DNA of 64,000 nt from Nitrospinaceae bacterium (GTDB taxonomy: Bacteria; Nitrospinota; Nitrospinia; Nitrospinales; Nitrospinaceae). The notes under the pieces are model-generated. The model did not search any database, was not told where the DNA came from, and saw only the letters and a list, made by a program, of their open reading frames with translations. The translations under genes were made by a program, and so were the position numbers. Below are positions 28,735-38,570 of the stretch, piece after piece (positions within the stretch are counted from its first letter, which is position 1; every line of letters begins with the position of its first letter). Where the stretch lies: positions 320,001 through 384,000 of the forward strand of contig OZ250172.1 in NCBI GenBank assembly GCA_965237905.1, given 5' to 3'.

Positions 28735-29958
28735 CTACCCTCCTTCCACATATTTTTCTTCAAGTTTATCAACCACCGCCGCGCCTATGGAATCACCCCA
28801 GACATTGACGGTGGTGCGGCACCGGTCCAGAAACCAGTCGATCGACAACAGCATTCCGATGCCTTCCAGCGGCAAACCGACGGACTGCAGAACCATGATC
28901 ATAGTCACCAATCCCGCCTCCGGGATGCCCGCGGCGCCGATAGCGGCCAGGGTCGCGGTAACGAATATAATAATCTGCTGGGTGAAACTCAGCTCAATAC
29001 CGAACATTTGAGCGATGAAGACGGCCGCTATCGCTTCGTACATGGCAGTGCCATCCATGTTCACCGTCGCGCCAATGGGCAGAACAAAAAGGGAAGCCCG
29101 GCGCGAAACCTTATTATTCTCTTCGGCACAATCGATGGTCACCGGCAAGGTGGCGGAACTGCTGGCGGTCGAAAACGCAGTGGTCAAAGCGGCGCTCACT
29201 CCCTTGAAATATTTGAAGGGATTTCGCCGGCCAACGAAAAACAGTATTGCCGGAAGGATGATCAGCGCATGAAACAGCAGGGCCGCAATCACGGTGAAAG
29301 CGTATTTCCCAATCTTCATCAACTCCCCCCAGAAGGCGTCGCCGCCACCCGCCGCTCCCAGTTTGGAAGCGATGAGTGCAAAGATACCCACCGGCGCGTA
29401 ATACAACACCAAATGAACCATTTTCATGATGGCTGCATTCACGCCATCAAAAAAATTGATGACACTTTTCCCTTTTTCACCCAAAGTGGTCAACGCACCG
29501 CCAAACACCAGTGAAAATATAATGATGGGCAAAATTTTCATATCCAGCATGGATTCAATCAGGTTAGGCGAAATGAAACTCATCAGGATGTCGATAATCC
29601 CCTTATCCTTTTTATCGGCCACCTTTTCCGGAATTTCCGTTACCATTTCCACGGAAAGGCCAGGGTCGATGAGGTTCACCATACACAAACCGATGACTAC
29701 GGAAAAAGCGGTCGTCGCCATAAAATAAAACAAGGTGATCATCCCGGTTTTCCCCACCTTGGTGATGTCCCCTAATCCGGAAATTCCCACGATCAGGGAA
29801 GAGACGATGAGGGGAATCACCAGCATCATTAGAGCATTTAGAAAAATATCGCCCATCCAAGCCACCGCCATCATCTGTTTTCCGAACCACCACCCACAAA
29901 TTCCTCCCAGAACGATGCCTACTAAAATAAAATATAAGAGCCCGTTTTTATTTTTCAT
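28735..29958 (-). CDS. Dicarboxylate/amino acid:cation symporter (DAACS/GltP family)
   Basis: AFSTASSSATLP, GATVNMDGTA, IGAAGIP, DRCRTTVNVWGD. Confidence 0.95.
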   Translation of the reverse strand: MKNKNGLLYFILVGIVLGGICGWWFGKQMMAVAWMGDIFLNALMMLVIPLIVSSLIVGISGLGDITKVGKTGMITLFYFMATTAFSVVIGLCMVNLIDPGLSVEMVTEIPEKVADKKDKGIIDILMSFISPNLIESMLDMKILPIIIFSLVFGGALTTLGEKGKSVINFFDGVNAAIMKMVHLVLYYAPVGIFALIASKLGAAGGGDAFWGELMKIGKYAFTVIAALLFHALIILPAILFFVGRRNPFKYFKGVSAALTTAFSTASSSATLPVTIDCAEENNKVSRRASLFVLPIGATVNMDGTAMYEAIAAVFIAQMFGIELSFTQQIIIFVTATLAAIGAAGIPEAGLVTMIMVLQSVGLPLEGIGMLLSIDWFLDRCRTTVNVWGDSIGAAVVDKLEEKYVEGG

Positions 29959-30080
29959 ATTGACCGTCAATTATTTAAGTTGATTACTGGAAACCCCTTT
30001 GAGAAACTCTAGAGATGAGCCGTTTGAATTTTTGATTTCCTGTCCAACGAGCTACCGCGAATAACCTAACGGAGGTTGCC

Positions 30081-31370
30081 ATGACCCAGACCGTCGAACT
30101 GATCTACCAGGGCAAATCATACACGTTACCCATCATTGAGGGAAGCTGTGGAGAGCAAGCGGTGGATATTTCCACTTTGCGCAATAAGACAGGTTTGGTT
30201 ACTCACGATCCCGGTTTTGTCTGTACCAGTAGCTGTCAAAGCCAAATCACGTTCTTGGATGGGGAAAAGGGCATCCTCCTGTATCGAGGCATACCGATCG
30301 AACAATTGGCGGAGCACAGTAATTTTATCGAAACGTCCTTCTTGCTGATCTACGGTCATCTTCCCAATCAACAGGAACTGGACTACTTCAAGTATCATGT
30401 AACGCATCATTCCATGATTCACGAATCTCTCAAAAACTTATATGCCGGATTCCCCAACAACCCGCATCCGATGGCCGTCTGCAGTGCCGTCGTGGGTTCC
30501 CTGTCCACTTTTTACCAGGACCAGCTCAACGTCCAAAACGAGCGTGAGATCGAAATCACCATTCACCGTCTTCTGGCGAAACTCCCCACCATCGCCGCTT
30601 ACAGTTACAAAAAATCAATCGGCCAACCTTTTTCATATCCCAAAAACGCCCTGAGTTATACGGAGAATTTCATGCACATGATGTTCTCCAACCCCTGTGA
30701 AGATTATGAAGTGGACCCTTTGGTGGCTAAGGCGCTGGATACCCTTCTCATCCTGCATGCCGACCATGAGCAAAATTGTTCCACCAGCACCGTGCGCCTG
30801 GTCGGCAGTTCCCGATGCAACTTGTACTCCTCGGTATCGGCGGGCATGTATGCTCTTTGGGGACCGCTACACGGAGGCGCCAACCAGGCCGTTATCGAAA
30901 TGCTGCAAACCATTCAAGAGGCTGGCGGTAACGTGAAGCAGTTTGTTGAAAAAGCCAAGGATACTGACGATCCTTTTCGGTTGATGGGATTCGGGCACCG
31001 GGTCTACAAAAATTTTGATCCCCGGTCCAAAATCATTAAAAAACTGGCGCATGAGGTGTTTGACAAGCTGGGACTCAATGAACCCCTTCTGGATATCGCC
31101 TTGCAATTGGAAGAAATCGCCCTCAAGGATGACTATTTCATCTCCAAAAAATTATATCCCAATGTGGATTTTTATTCAGGATTGATTTACAAAGCCCTGC
31201 AAATTCCAGTCAACATGTTTCCGGTGATGTTTGCCATCGGGCGCCTGCCAGGTTGGATTGCACATTGGATAGAGTTGCAAGGGGACAAGGATTTTAAAAT
31301 CGGCCGGCCGCGGCAGATTTATCAGGGACAAGGAAAGACGGATTATATCCCTCTAAAGAAAAGAAAATGA
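30081..31370 (+). CDS. gltA: Citrate synthase (type II)
   Basis: LHADHEQNCST, GPLHGGAN, MGFGHRVYK, YPNVDFYSG. Confidence 0.97.
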   Translation: MTQTVELIYQGKSYTLPIIEGSCGEQAVDISTLRNKTGLVTHDPGFVCTSSCQSQITFLDGEKGILLYRGIPIEQLAEHSNFIETSFLLIYGHLPNQQELDYFKYHVTHHSMIHESLKNLYAGFPNNPHPMAVCSAVVGSLSTFYQDQLNVQNEREIEITIHRLLAKLPTIAAYSYKKSIGQPFSYPKNALSYTENFMHMMFSNPCEDYEVDPLVAKALDTLLILHADHEQNCSTSTVRLVGSSRCNLYSSVSAGMYALWGPLHGGANQAVIEMLQTIQEAGGNVKQFVEKAKDTDDPFRLMGFGHRVYKNFDPRSKIIKKLAHEVFDKLGLNEPLLDIALQLEEIALKDDYFISKKLYPNVDFYSGLIYKALQIPVNMFPVMFAIGRLPGWIAHWIELQGDKDFKIGRPRQIYQGQGKTDYIPLKKRK

Positions 31371-31397
31371 TGTGCCGACGCAAATTCTCAGCAAATC

Positions 31398-31742
31398 CTA
31401 CAAAGCTTCGATCGAACACTTAAACGGATAATTTTCAAAAGCGGCCGCCGTATGAACCTGTTGAACCTTGAATTCGGCCCGCTCCAGGGGTAGGGTGTCG
31501 ACATGGGACGCCCCGGTGAGGTGGACTTCCAACATCAGTTTTTCTGCGGTATTATAATCCTTGCCGAAGACTTTGACCAACATACGAATCACAAATTCCG
31601 TGGTCGTCACATTATCGTCCCACATGATAACTTTATATAACGGTAAATAAGCCGTCTTTTTGCGAGTCTCCTCTTCGGTAACCACTCCGGGAGCAGGAGC
31701 CTCGATATCGGGCAAAGTTTCTGGTAAGGTTTCGGTTGTCAT
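31398..31742 (-). CDS. clpS: ATP-dependent Clp protease adaptor ClpS
   Basis: YKVIMWDDNVTTTEFV...VF, MLEVHLTG, AEFKV, YPF. Confidence 0.88.
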   Translation of the reverse strand: MTTETLPETLPDIEAPAPGVVTEEETRKKTAYLPLYKVIMWDDNVTTTEFVIRMLVKVFGKDYNTAEKLMLEVHLTGASHVDTLPLERAEFKVQQVHTAAAFENYPFKCSIEAL

Positions 31743-31855
31743 AATTACTAAACTTATAGAAACAAAAGGTTAAGTCCAACAAATTCCAGAAGTTTTTCTC
31801 GTCAAATATTAAATTATTTGGCACCCTTTTTCAATAAATTTCTGTGGATTGAATT

Positions 31856-32755
31856 ATGACCCGACCAAGGGCAAAATATCCTAAATATTTAATTCTATTG
31901 GCTTTAGGGTTATCTCTGCCCCTGTTGAGTGCTTTCTACCCAACTTTAGCTGAAATTTCCGGGTCGCTTAAAACTTCCGCCCTCATCAGCGCCCAGGGAG
32001 AATACCCCTCGTTTACTCCCAAGGGGGATATCCGGCGCTTTGCCAGGGAAACCCTGACTTATGATATCGACTTCCTTTTCTTCGAAAAGGCGGCTACTGC
32101 AAAGGTGCGCTTTTACGAGTACAAAGGAAAATATTTTGCGACGCTGTCTGCCGAAACCAAGGGAGTGGTGGGCTTTTTCACCAATTACCGGAAACACTAT
32201 TACAAGTCCACATTTAATATTATCGACCAGGGCCGACGAGTCCAAACCAGTAAATTCGAAAGGGATGTAATCATCGGTCAGGAAAAAGAACGAACCGTTC
32301 ACTTCCTGGATTATACCTCTCGAACTCACTTCTGGTTCTTGTTTGGTGGAGGAGAGCTGAAAGAACGTAGCCGTGACCCTATTCCAGAAGGGGTCATCTA
32401 TGACGATATCCTTGCGTTCTTTTACAATTTCCGTAATGGAGTCTACGGTGACCTGAAAAAAGGGGGGACTTACAAAATTGAGACTGTGCCGGAAAAAAGC
32501 ATGAAAAATATTACCACTTACATTAGTACGGAAAACGAGCAAGAACAGTTTCGCATCAGTGAAAACCGAACCAAAAATGACGAACTGTTACTGAAGGTAA
32601 TCATTCCAAAAGATGTCTTCAAAACTGAAACGGGCGAGTTGGTCTTCTGGGCCTCCAACCACTATATCCCTCTCGAAACCACGATTAAGGACTACCTCTT
32701 GCTGGGAGATTTGCATGGGAAACTGACCAGCGGAATACCGGGTAAATTAAACTAG
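31856..32755 (+). CDS. DUF3108-like exported protein
   Basis: Signal peptide; ETLTYDIDFL, AETKG, YDDILAFFY.FR. Confidence 0.65.
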   Translation: MTRPRAKYPKYLILLALGLSLPLLSAFYPTLAEISGSLKTSALISAQGEYPSFTPKGDIRRFARETLTYDIDFLFFEKAATAKVRFYEYKGKYFATLSAETKGVVGFFTNYRKHYYKSTFNIIDQGRRVQTSKFERDVIIGQEKERTVHFLDYTSRTHFWFLFGGGELKERSRDPIPEGVIYDDILAFFYNFRNGVYGDLKKGGTYKIETVPEKSMKNITTYISTENEQEQFRISENRTKNDELLLKVIIPKDVFKTETGELVFWASNHYIPLETTIKDYLLLGDLHGKLTSGIPGKLN

Positions 32756-32800
32756 CGGTCTATTGTTACCCTACCCCTTCCAATCCTCAAATCCGGCCTT

Positions 32801-33145
32801 TTAAACATCCCAGGTCGGTAAAGGTGGATCCTGCCAGATATTAACTTCTGTGGTTTCATCCAAAGTCACCGCACCAAAAACCACAGAATACGGAGGCGTG
32901 TGTTCGCAATCGTAATTGACTTTCATTTTGCGGATATCCCATTGGCCGGATTCAGGTCCCACCAGCGTCAGCGAATGAGCGAAACTGCCTATCTCGAATC
33001 CGCCGGAGAAGGTTTCCGCCGGCCCCACCCCGCCCTGGGTATCCTCCAAGGGCATTTTATGGTTGTTGATGGTGAAATGGACCGGTAGATCGGTTCCCGT
33101 CTCTCCGGTTTCGATTTCGATGTTGAATCGGTTCAGCTTGGGCAT
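32801..33145 (-). CDS. Hypothetical protein (small, beta-rich)
   Basis: ORF with AGGA RBS directly downstream of the NifU-like gene. Confidence 0.7.
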   Translation of the reverse strand: MPKLNRFNIEIETGETGTDLPVHFTINNHKMPLEDTQGGVGPAETFSGGFEIGSFAHSLTLVGPESGQWDIRKMKVNYDCEHTPPYSVVFGAVTLDETTEVNIWQDPPLPTWDV

Positions 33146-33153
33146 GAGGTCCT

Positions 33154-33936
33154 CTAACTGTAATAGGGATTCAAACCACCGGCGTGGTCGGTTTCATCAT
33201 AAATAGCGCCAACATAAGGCACCGCTTTCCTAAAGGCGCTGTGGATCCCCTGTTTCAGTGTTAGATCCGCCGCACTGCACCCCTGGCATCCTCCGCCCAT
33301 TTGAATGGTCACGGTGTTGCCCGTTATCGCAGTGAGGGTGATTTTGCCACCATGTCCGGCGACTCCGGGATTGACCTCGGTATCGATCACCTTCTGAATT
33401 TCTTCCTGCACGACCTGCTCGGAAGGAATCTTTGCGACGATATCTTTTGACACCAGATCCGTTTCCGCTTCCAGTGTTTTGCGCAGTGCGCCTCCCACTT
33501 CCTTCGCGAGGGCTTCCCAATCGGATACTCCCTTGGTCCCTGTTTTGGTGACCACGGCGGTAGAATCGTGGATCAATAAGGTTTCGACGGATTCGACGCT
33601 GAAGATCGACTCGGCCATGGGAGAACCCGCCGCCTCTTCAAAATTCGAAAACAACCAGGAATGCCCCTCGAACAAAGGACGGTTCACCATAAACTTGCAT
33701 TGCTCATTATCCCGCGAAGGCTCGGCCTTAATCAGGATTTGGTCGGACGGAACACCCGCCTCAGCCTCTTCCATAAGTACCGGGGCCTGAACCACTCTGC
33801 GACGGGCCGGCGGTTCCTCGGCAAAAGAACTTTGGGAATCTGACGGCTTTGGGTTTTCGCTCACCGTTTCCCCTGTTACTTGCTCTTTGGAATCCGGCCC
33901 CGAAAACATTTGCGATAATTTCTTAAGAACTGACAT
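33154..33936 (-). CDS. NifU/Nfu family Fe-S carrier (Nfu_N + NifU-C domains)
   Basis: VNPGVAGHGG..., MGGGCQGC motif; AAGGAG RBS. Confidence 0.9.
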   Translation of the reverse strand: MSVLKKLSQMFSGPDSKEQVTGETVSENPKPSDSQSSFAEEPPARRRVVQAPVLMEEAEAGVPSDQILIKAEPSRDNEQCKFMVNRPLFEGHSWLFSNFEEAAGSPMAESIFSVESVETLLIHDSTAVVTKTGTKGVSDWEALAKEVGGALRKTLEAETDLVSKDIVAKIPSEQVVQEEIQKVIDTEVNPGVAGHGGKITLTAITGNTVTIQMGGGCQGCSAADLTLKQGIHSAFRKAVPYVGAIYDETDHAGGLNPYYS

Positions 33937-34109
33937 ATAGTAACACTCCTTGAATATCGGGTACGAATACCCGGATACGAATTCAATTATGGTAAAGATC
34001 GTACCTTACAAAGCTCACCACAAAAAGGCCGGAATCATTTCTGCAAAAAATCCCGCCTTCTACAAATCAACAAACTACATTAAATAATATAGTATAAATA
34101 TATGTTTTT

Positions 34110-34136
34110 AAATATCTATTTATATTATAGATATTT
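34110..34136. promoter_or_regulatory. AT-rich palindrome upstream of the nfu-like gene (candidate operator)
   Basis: AAATATCTAT-7bp-ATAGATATTT perfect 10-bp inverted repeat. Confidence 0.45.
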
Positions 34137-34197
34137 GACTTTCAGAAAGCAAACTACAGGGTTCCTTACCCGGCAAGGGAAGTATTTTCCGGAGCCG

Positions 34198-34569
34198 TCA
34201 AAGCCGGAAGGCGTCCTGGACGAGCTCGATTTCCCAGGTTTTGGGTTGGTTGGGATCGCCTTTAATCCCCACCACGTCGAACCGGCAGTCCCTGTTTTCG
34301 ATCCGGTGCTGGGCCATGAACCCCTTGGCGACCTGACCGATTTTTCTCTCCTTGTGTGGCGTGACCGCTTCCAACGGGTCACCGTATTCCGTATCGGCCC
34401 GGGATTTGACTTCGACAAACACCAGCACTTGATCCTGCTCCGCGACGATATCGATCTCTCCGGATTTGTTGCGATAGTTTTTCTCGACGATCCGGTATCC
34501 CCTCTTTTTAAGAAACTTGACCGCCGCCTTCTCCCCTTCTTTGCCAAAATGTAAACGTTCCTCGGTCAC
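34198..34569 (-). CDS. yraN: YraN family protein (UPF0102)
   Basis: G..GE..A..FL...GY.I...NYR...GEIDIV, FVEVKSR, RFDVV. Confidence 0.93.
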   Translation of the reverse strand: MTEERLHFGKEGEKAAVKFLKKRGYRIVEKNYRNKSGEIDIVAEQDQVLVFVEVKSRADTEYGDPLEAVTPHKERKIGQVAKGFMAQHRIENRDCRFDVVGIKGDPNQPKTWEIELVQDAFRL

Positions 34570-34620
34570 GGACTGCCTCCCGGATTGCGCAACGGTTTGC
34601 CGCCTGATATGCTCTCGGCC

Positions 34621-35070
34621 ATGATACTTGGCTGGGAAGACATTGTTGGCGGCACCACCATATTGGCCTTCCTGATATGGCTGGGCTTTACCGGATTATT
34701 CTATCTGGTGTGTTACCTGGCCGCTCTGAACACCTTCGACCATATCACCAAAAACAGCTGGGTCAAAATTCCCCTGATGTTGGTGATCGCACCGTTGGCC
34801 GCATTCATGATATCTATCTTCAACTACAATCCGTTGATGCTGTTTCTGTTGATGATGATCTCCAATTATTTCCGGGTCAAAAAACTGGGAGGCCCGGACG
34901 ATAAGCGGTTTCAGGGCCTCACACTCAACCGGCCCTTGTTCTATACTGCCAGTTATCTGTACATCATCGCGCTTTATGGTTTCTCCGCCTGGTTTCAAAG
35001 TCCAGTGGAAGTGGGCGACCTCACCACACCCCTGTGGAAAAGCTGGTTCCCGGATATTCACGAAAATTGA
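34621..35070 (+). CDS. Hypothetical membrane protein
   Basis: About 4 hydrophobic segments; ATG at 34621. Confidence 0.7.
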   Translation: MILGWEDIVGGTTILAFLIWLGFTGLFYLVCYLAALNTFDHITKNSWVKIPLMLVIAPLAAFMISIFNYNPLMLFLLMMISNYFRVKKLGGPDDKRFQGLTLNRPLFYTASYLYIIALYGFSAWFQSPVEVGDLTTPLWKSWFPDIHEN

Positions 35071-35079
35071 TACCGCCTC

Positions 35080-35822
35080 TCACCGCATCATCTTCGGAAA
35101 CCACATCCCGGTTTTGTTCCGGTACTCCACATATTCCTCGCCGAACTGCTCCTGCAGGGCCTTTTCTTCGTGATGAATCCGGTATTGGAACCCAAACCAG
35201 GCGGAGGCTAATCCCAATCCTCCCGCCAGCCAGTAATGCGTGGTCAGCGCGTACGCCAGGATAACGACCATCATCGCCGTATAAGAGGGGTGGCGAATCC
35301 AGGAATATAGTTTTTCCTTCCGCAGGGTCTGCTGGTCCCGAAAAACAATATCGAATTTGAAGGCCTGTGCGCCCAACTGGTAAACCGCCATCATCCGCAT
35401 GATCGAACCCACACTAAATACGGCCATAATGATTGCCAGTTCCCATTGTCCCAGGGGAATAGAACGAGTACGCGACACATAGGACAATCCGATCAAAGCG
35501 GCGGCAATGGGCAAAGTATGCCCCAGTAGCTGCTTGACGTGTGCCCGGTCGAACGTTGCATCAGCCGATTTGACGGTAATCACAAAAATCACCAGCTCGA
35601 TGATGCCAAACACCATATTGTGAGTCGACTGCACCACGAACCGGGGCCGATGGTTGTCTCCCATCCAATAGGAATCAGGGGAAGCAGATAAATCATCCCG
35701 ACCATAATGATGTTGAAGTTGTAGTTGATGCACAACGCCACGACAAACACGGCCAGATAGATCAAAAAGTTGGCCAGTATCCACCAGAAAGCCCAATGCT
35801 CAATCAACCATGCCTGATCCAT
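35080..35822 (-). pseudogene. Isoprenylcysteine carboxyl methyltransferase (ICMT/Ste14) family membrane protein, frameshifted near 35643-35646
   Basis: C-terminal LYSWIRHPSY and RIHHEEKAL..FGEEY motifs; hydrophobic N-terminus lies in a different frame (35589-35828). Confidence 0.78.
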
Positions 35823-36165
35823 CCTCACCGGCCCCCTTTACTCTGTTATTTCAGCCCTTTTCCAATACCGTGCGCAATGCTTAATGCATTGAATTTAAAG
35901 CCAGATCCTGTATCATGAATGCAACTTGGGTGCTGGACTCACAGGGAGTATGCAAAATATAACCCAAAATCGCATTCTTGTGTTTTTTGAAATGTTTTTG
36001 TTATATGATTAATCCATTATAATAAATAGGTAAAGTCGCCGGGCTTTCGATAACATGAGATGTTTCAGTAGTTTTACCCGGCGCTCTCCCAATCTGAAAT
36101 TGAATCGGCCGCTGACGGCAGAATAGCTCTTAAGCCCCGATTTTGTAAATTAAAGCAGGTTTATC

Positions 36166-38553
36166 ATGGACTTGGAAACCTTAAACCTCCCGCCGGAGGT
36201 CAAACAGGAAATCGAAGACTTCGCCGCCGAGGTGGAACGCCTTGAAAAAGGCGAAGTGGGTGAAGAGGATTTCAAACGGTTCCGCCTGCAACAGGGTATT
36301 TATGGACAGCGGCAGGAAGATGTGCAGATGGTCCGCACCAAACTGCCCTTCGGCCGCATCACTTCCGACCAGCTCACCTGCCTGGCAGATTTCGGGAAAA
36401 ACTATTCCAACGGGATTCTGCACGTCACCACCCGGCAGGATATCCAGTTTCATTACGTCAAAATTAAAGATGTACCCCAAGGTCTTCAAGACCTGGCAGA
36501 ACATGGCCTGACCACCCGCGAAGCCTGCGGCAACACCGTCCGCAACGTCACCGCCTGCCATAAATCCGGCACCTGCAAAGAGGAAAAGTTTGATGTCACT
36601 CCCTACGCTGGAGCGGTCTCCCGGTATCTCCTGAGACACCCTTTAACGCAAAACCTGGCGCGCAAATTCAAAATTAGTCTCGGCGGATGCAAAGGCTGTG
36701 GCTTGGGACCGATCCACGACATCGGTATGAACGCCGAGATCAAGGATGGGGTGCGTGGCTTCAAGGTCATCATAGGCGGCGGCCTGGGCTCCTCCCCGCA
36801 TCTGGCTAAACTCTTATCGGAGTTTGTACCTGCAGACGAAATATTGCAAACCTGCGAAGCCATCGTTCAGGTCTTCGACCAGCACGGCGACAAAAGAAAC
36901 CGCAACAAGGCCCGTTTCAAGTTTGTGGTGGAAAAGTACGGCGTCGAAAAAGTGCGTGCGCTCGTCCAGGAGGAGTTTAAAAAACTGGAAGGCACCCAAT
37001 ATCCTGCAATCGAAATTCCCGAAGACGCCACTCCCACTATTCCGAAGTTTTCGACCAACGGGGATATGGAATCGGACAACGATTTCGTTCAGTGGAAGGC
37101 ACGCAATTCCTACGAACAGAGGCAAAATGGATTTTACAACGTACACATCAAATTACAGTTGGGCGACCTGACCCATGACGAGGCTCGGGCCCTCAGCAAA
37201 ATCGCCTCCGACTATGCCGCAGGCATTCTCGTTTGCACCGTGTTTCAGAACCTCATGATCCCGTGGGTGAAGCCGGAAGCGTTCGGCCCGGTTTACAATG
37301 CTCTTAAAAAAATCGACCTGCACAAAGCCGGAACCGAAGAGTTGAAGGATATGACGAGTTGTCCCGGTTCCGAGACCTGCAACCTGGGAATCACTCACTC
37401 CCGAGGGTTGATCAATAAATTAACCGAGGACGTAGACAACGAAACCACTGATTCGACCGATTTGGATCACATCACCATCAAAGCCAGCGGTTGCCCGAAC
37501 TCCTGTGGTCAGCATCACATCGCGTCCATCGGTTTTGCCGGTTCCGCGAAGAAGGTGAACGGCATTCTCGCCCCCCATTACGAAATGATGATGGGCGGCC
37601 GCATCACCGAAGACGGAGCCGTTTTCGGCACCAATGTGATCAAACTACCGGCAAAGAATGCTGCTAACGCGGTGCGCCGTTCCGTCGATGCCTACAAGAA
37701 AGACAAGCAGAACAACGAATCGTTCGTGCAGTTCTTCGACCGGGTCGGCAAAGGATACTTCTCCAACCTGCTGATCGATTTGAAGGAACTGCCTGATATC
37801 GAATCGTCACCACAATCGTATATCGATTTCCACGCGACCAAAGCTTTTTCACTGGACGACCGGGGACAGGGCGAATGCGCCGGAGCGGTTACGGATATGA
37901 TCTCCGACCATCTGTCCGAAGCCGAGCGGGCTCTCTTTCAATGCGCTCGGGCCTTTGAGAAGAACCAATTTGCCGAAGCGGTCCGCCAGGCCAACCGGTC
38001 GATCGCTTCCTCCGCCCGCGCTTTGCTGGTAACGGAAGGCATGGATTTTACTGACAACGTGGAAACCCTGACCAAGTTTGAATCGCTGATCGTGGAAACC
38101 GGCATCGTTTCCGAAAAACACGCCGGCGTCACGGAGCGTTATCAGGAAGACCCCGAAAAAGCTGACAACGCCAAAGCGAAGATTATGCTGGATGAATCCC
38201 AGGCATTGGTGGACGAATGCCGGAAAGCCAACGATAAGATGCAATCGGACAAATCGCTCCGCATCCGGGTCGGCTCCAAGGGCAATGTCGCCGAAGAGTC
38301 CTCCGGTAACGGTAGCGCCGATGCGGCGGCCATTAGCCAGTCTATCGATCTGCTGGGAGTTAAATGCCCCTTCAATTATGTCAAAACCAAACTCAAGCTG
38401 GAGACCATGCAATCGGGTCAACATCTTGAGGTTCTTCTGGACGACGGCGAACCCTCCAAGAACGTTCCCCGAAGCGTCCAGAATGACGGACATAAACTAC
38501 TGTCCCATGTGGAAGAAAACGGACACCACAAAATCGTCATTGAAAAAGCGTAA
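36166..38553 (+). CDS. Ferredoxin-type siroheme nitrite/sulfite reductase with HEPN-like and C-terminal TusA domains
   Basis: FRLQQGIYGQR, HVTTRQDIQ, ACGNTVRN, CPGSETCNLG and GCPNSCGQH cluster ligands; C-terminal IDLLGVKCPFNYVK TusA motif. Confidence 0.9.
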   Translation: MDLETLNLPPEVKQEIEDFAAEVERLEKGEVGEEDFKRFRLQQGIYGQRQEDVQMVRTKLPFGRITSDQLTCLADFGKNYSNGILHVTTRQDIQFHYVKIKDVPQGLQDLAEHGLTTREACGNTVRNVTACHKSGTCKEEKFDVTPYAGAVSRYLLRHPLTQNLARKFKISLGGCKGCGLGPIHDIGMNAEIKDGVRGFKVIIGGGLGSSPHLAKLLSEFVPADEILQTCEAIVQVFDQHGDKRNRNKARFKFVVEKYGVEKVRALVQEEFKKLEGTQYPAIEIPEDATPTIPKFSTNGDMESDNDFVQWKARNSYEQRQNGFYNVHIKLQLGDLTHDEARALSKIASDYAAGILVCTVFQNLMIPWVKPEAFGPVYNALKKIDLHKAGTEELKDMTSCPGSETCNLGITHSRGLINKLTEDVDNETTDSTDLDHITIKASGCPNSCGQHHIASIGFAGSAKKVNGILAPHYEMMMGGRITEDGAVFGTNVIKLPAKNAANAVRRSVDAYKKDKQNNESFVQFFDRVGKGYFSNLLIDLKELPDIESSPQSYIDFHATKAFSLDDRGQGECAGAVTDMISDHLSEAERALFQCARAFEKNQFAEAVRQANRSIASSARALLVTEGMDFTDNVETLTKFESLIVETGIVSEKHAGVTERYQEDPEKADNAKAKIMLDESQALVDECRKANDKMQSDKSLRIRVGSKGNVAEESSGNGSADAAAISQSIDLLGVKCPFNYVKTKLKLETMQSGQHLEVLLDDGEPSKNVPRSVQNDGHKLLSHVEENGHHKIVIEKA

Positions 38554-38570
38554 AAAAGGTTCCAGGCGGA

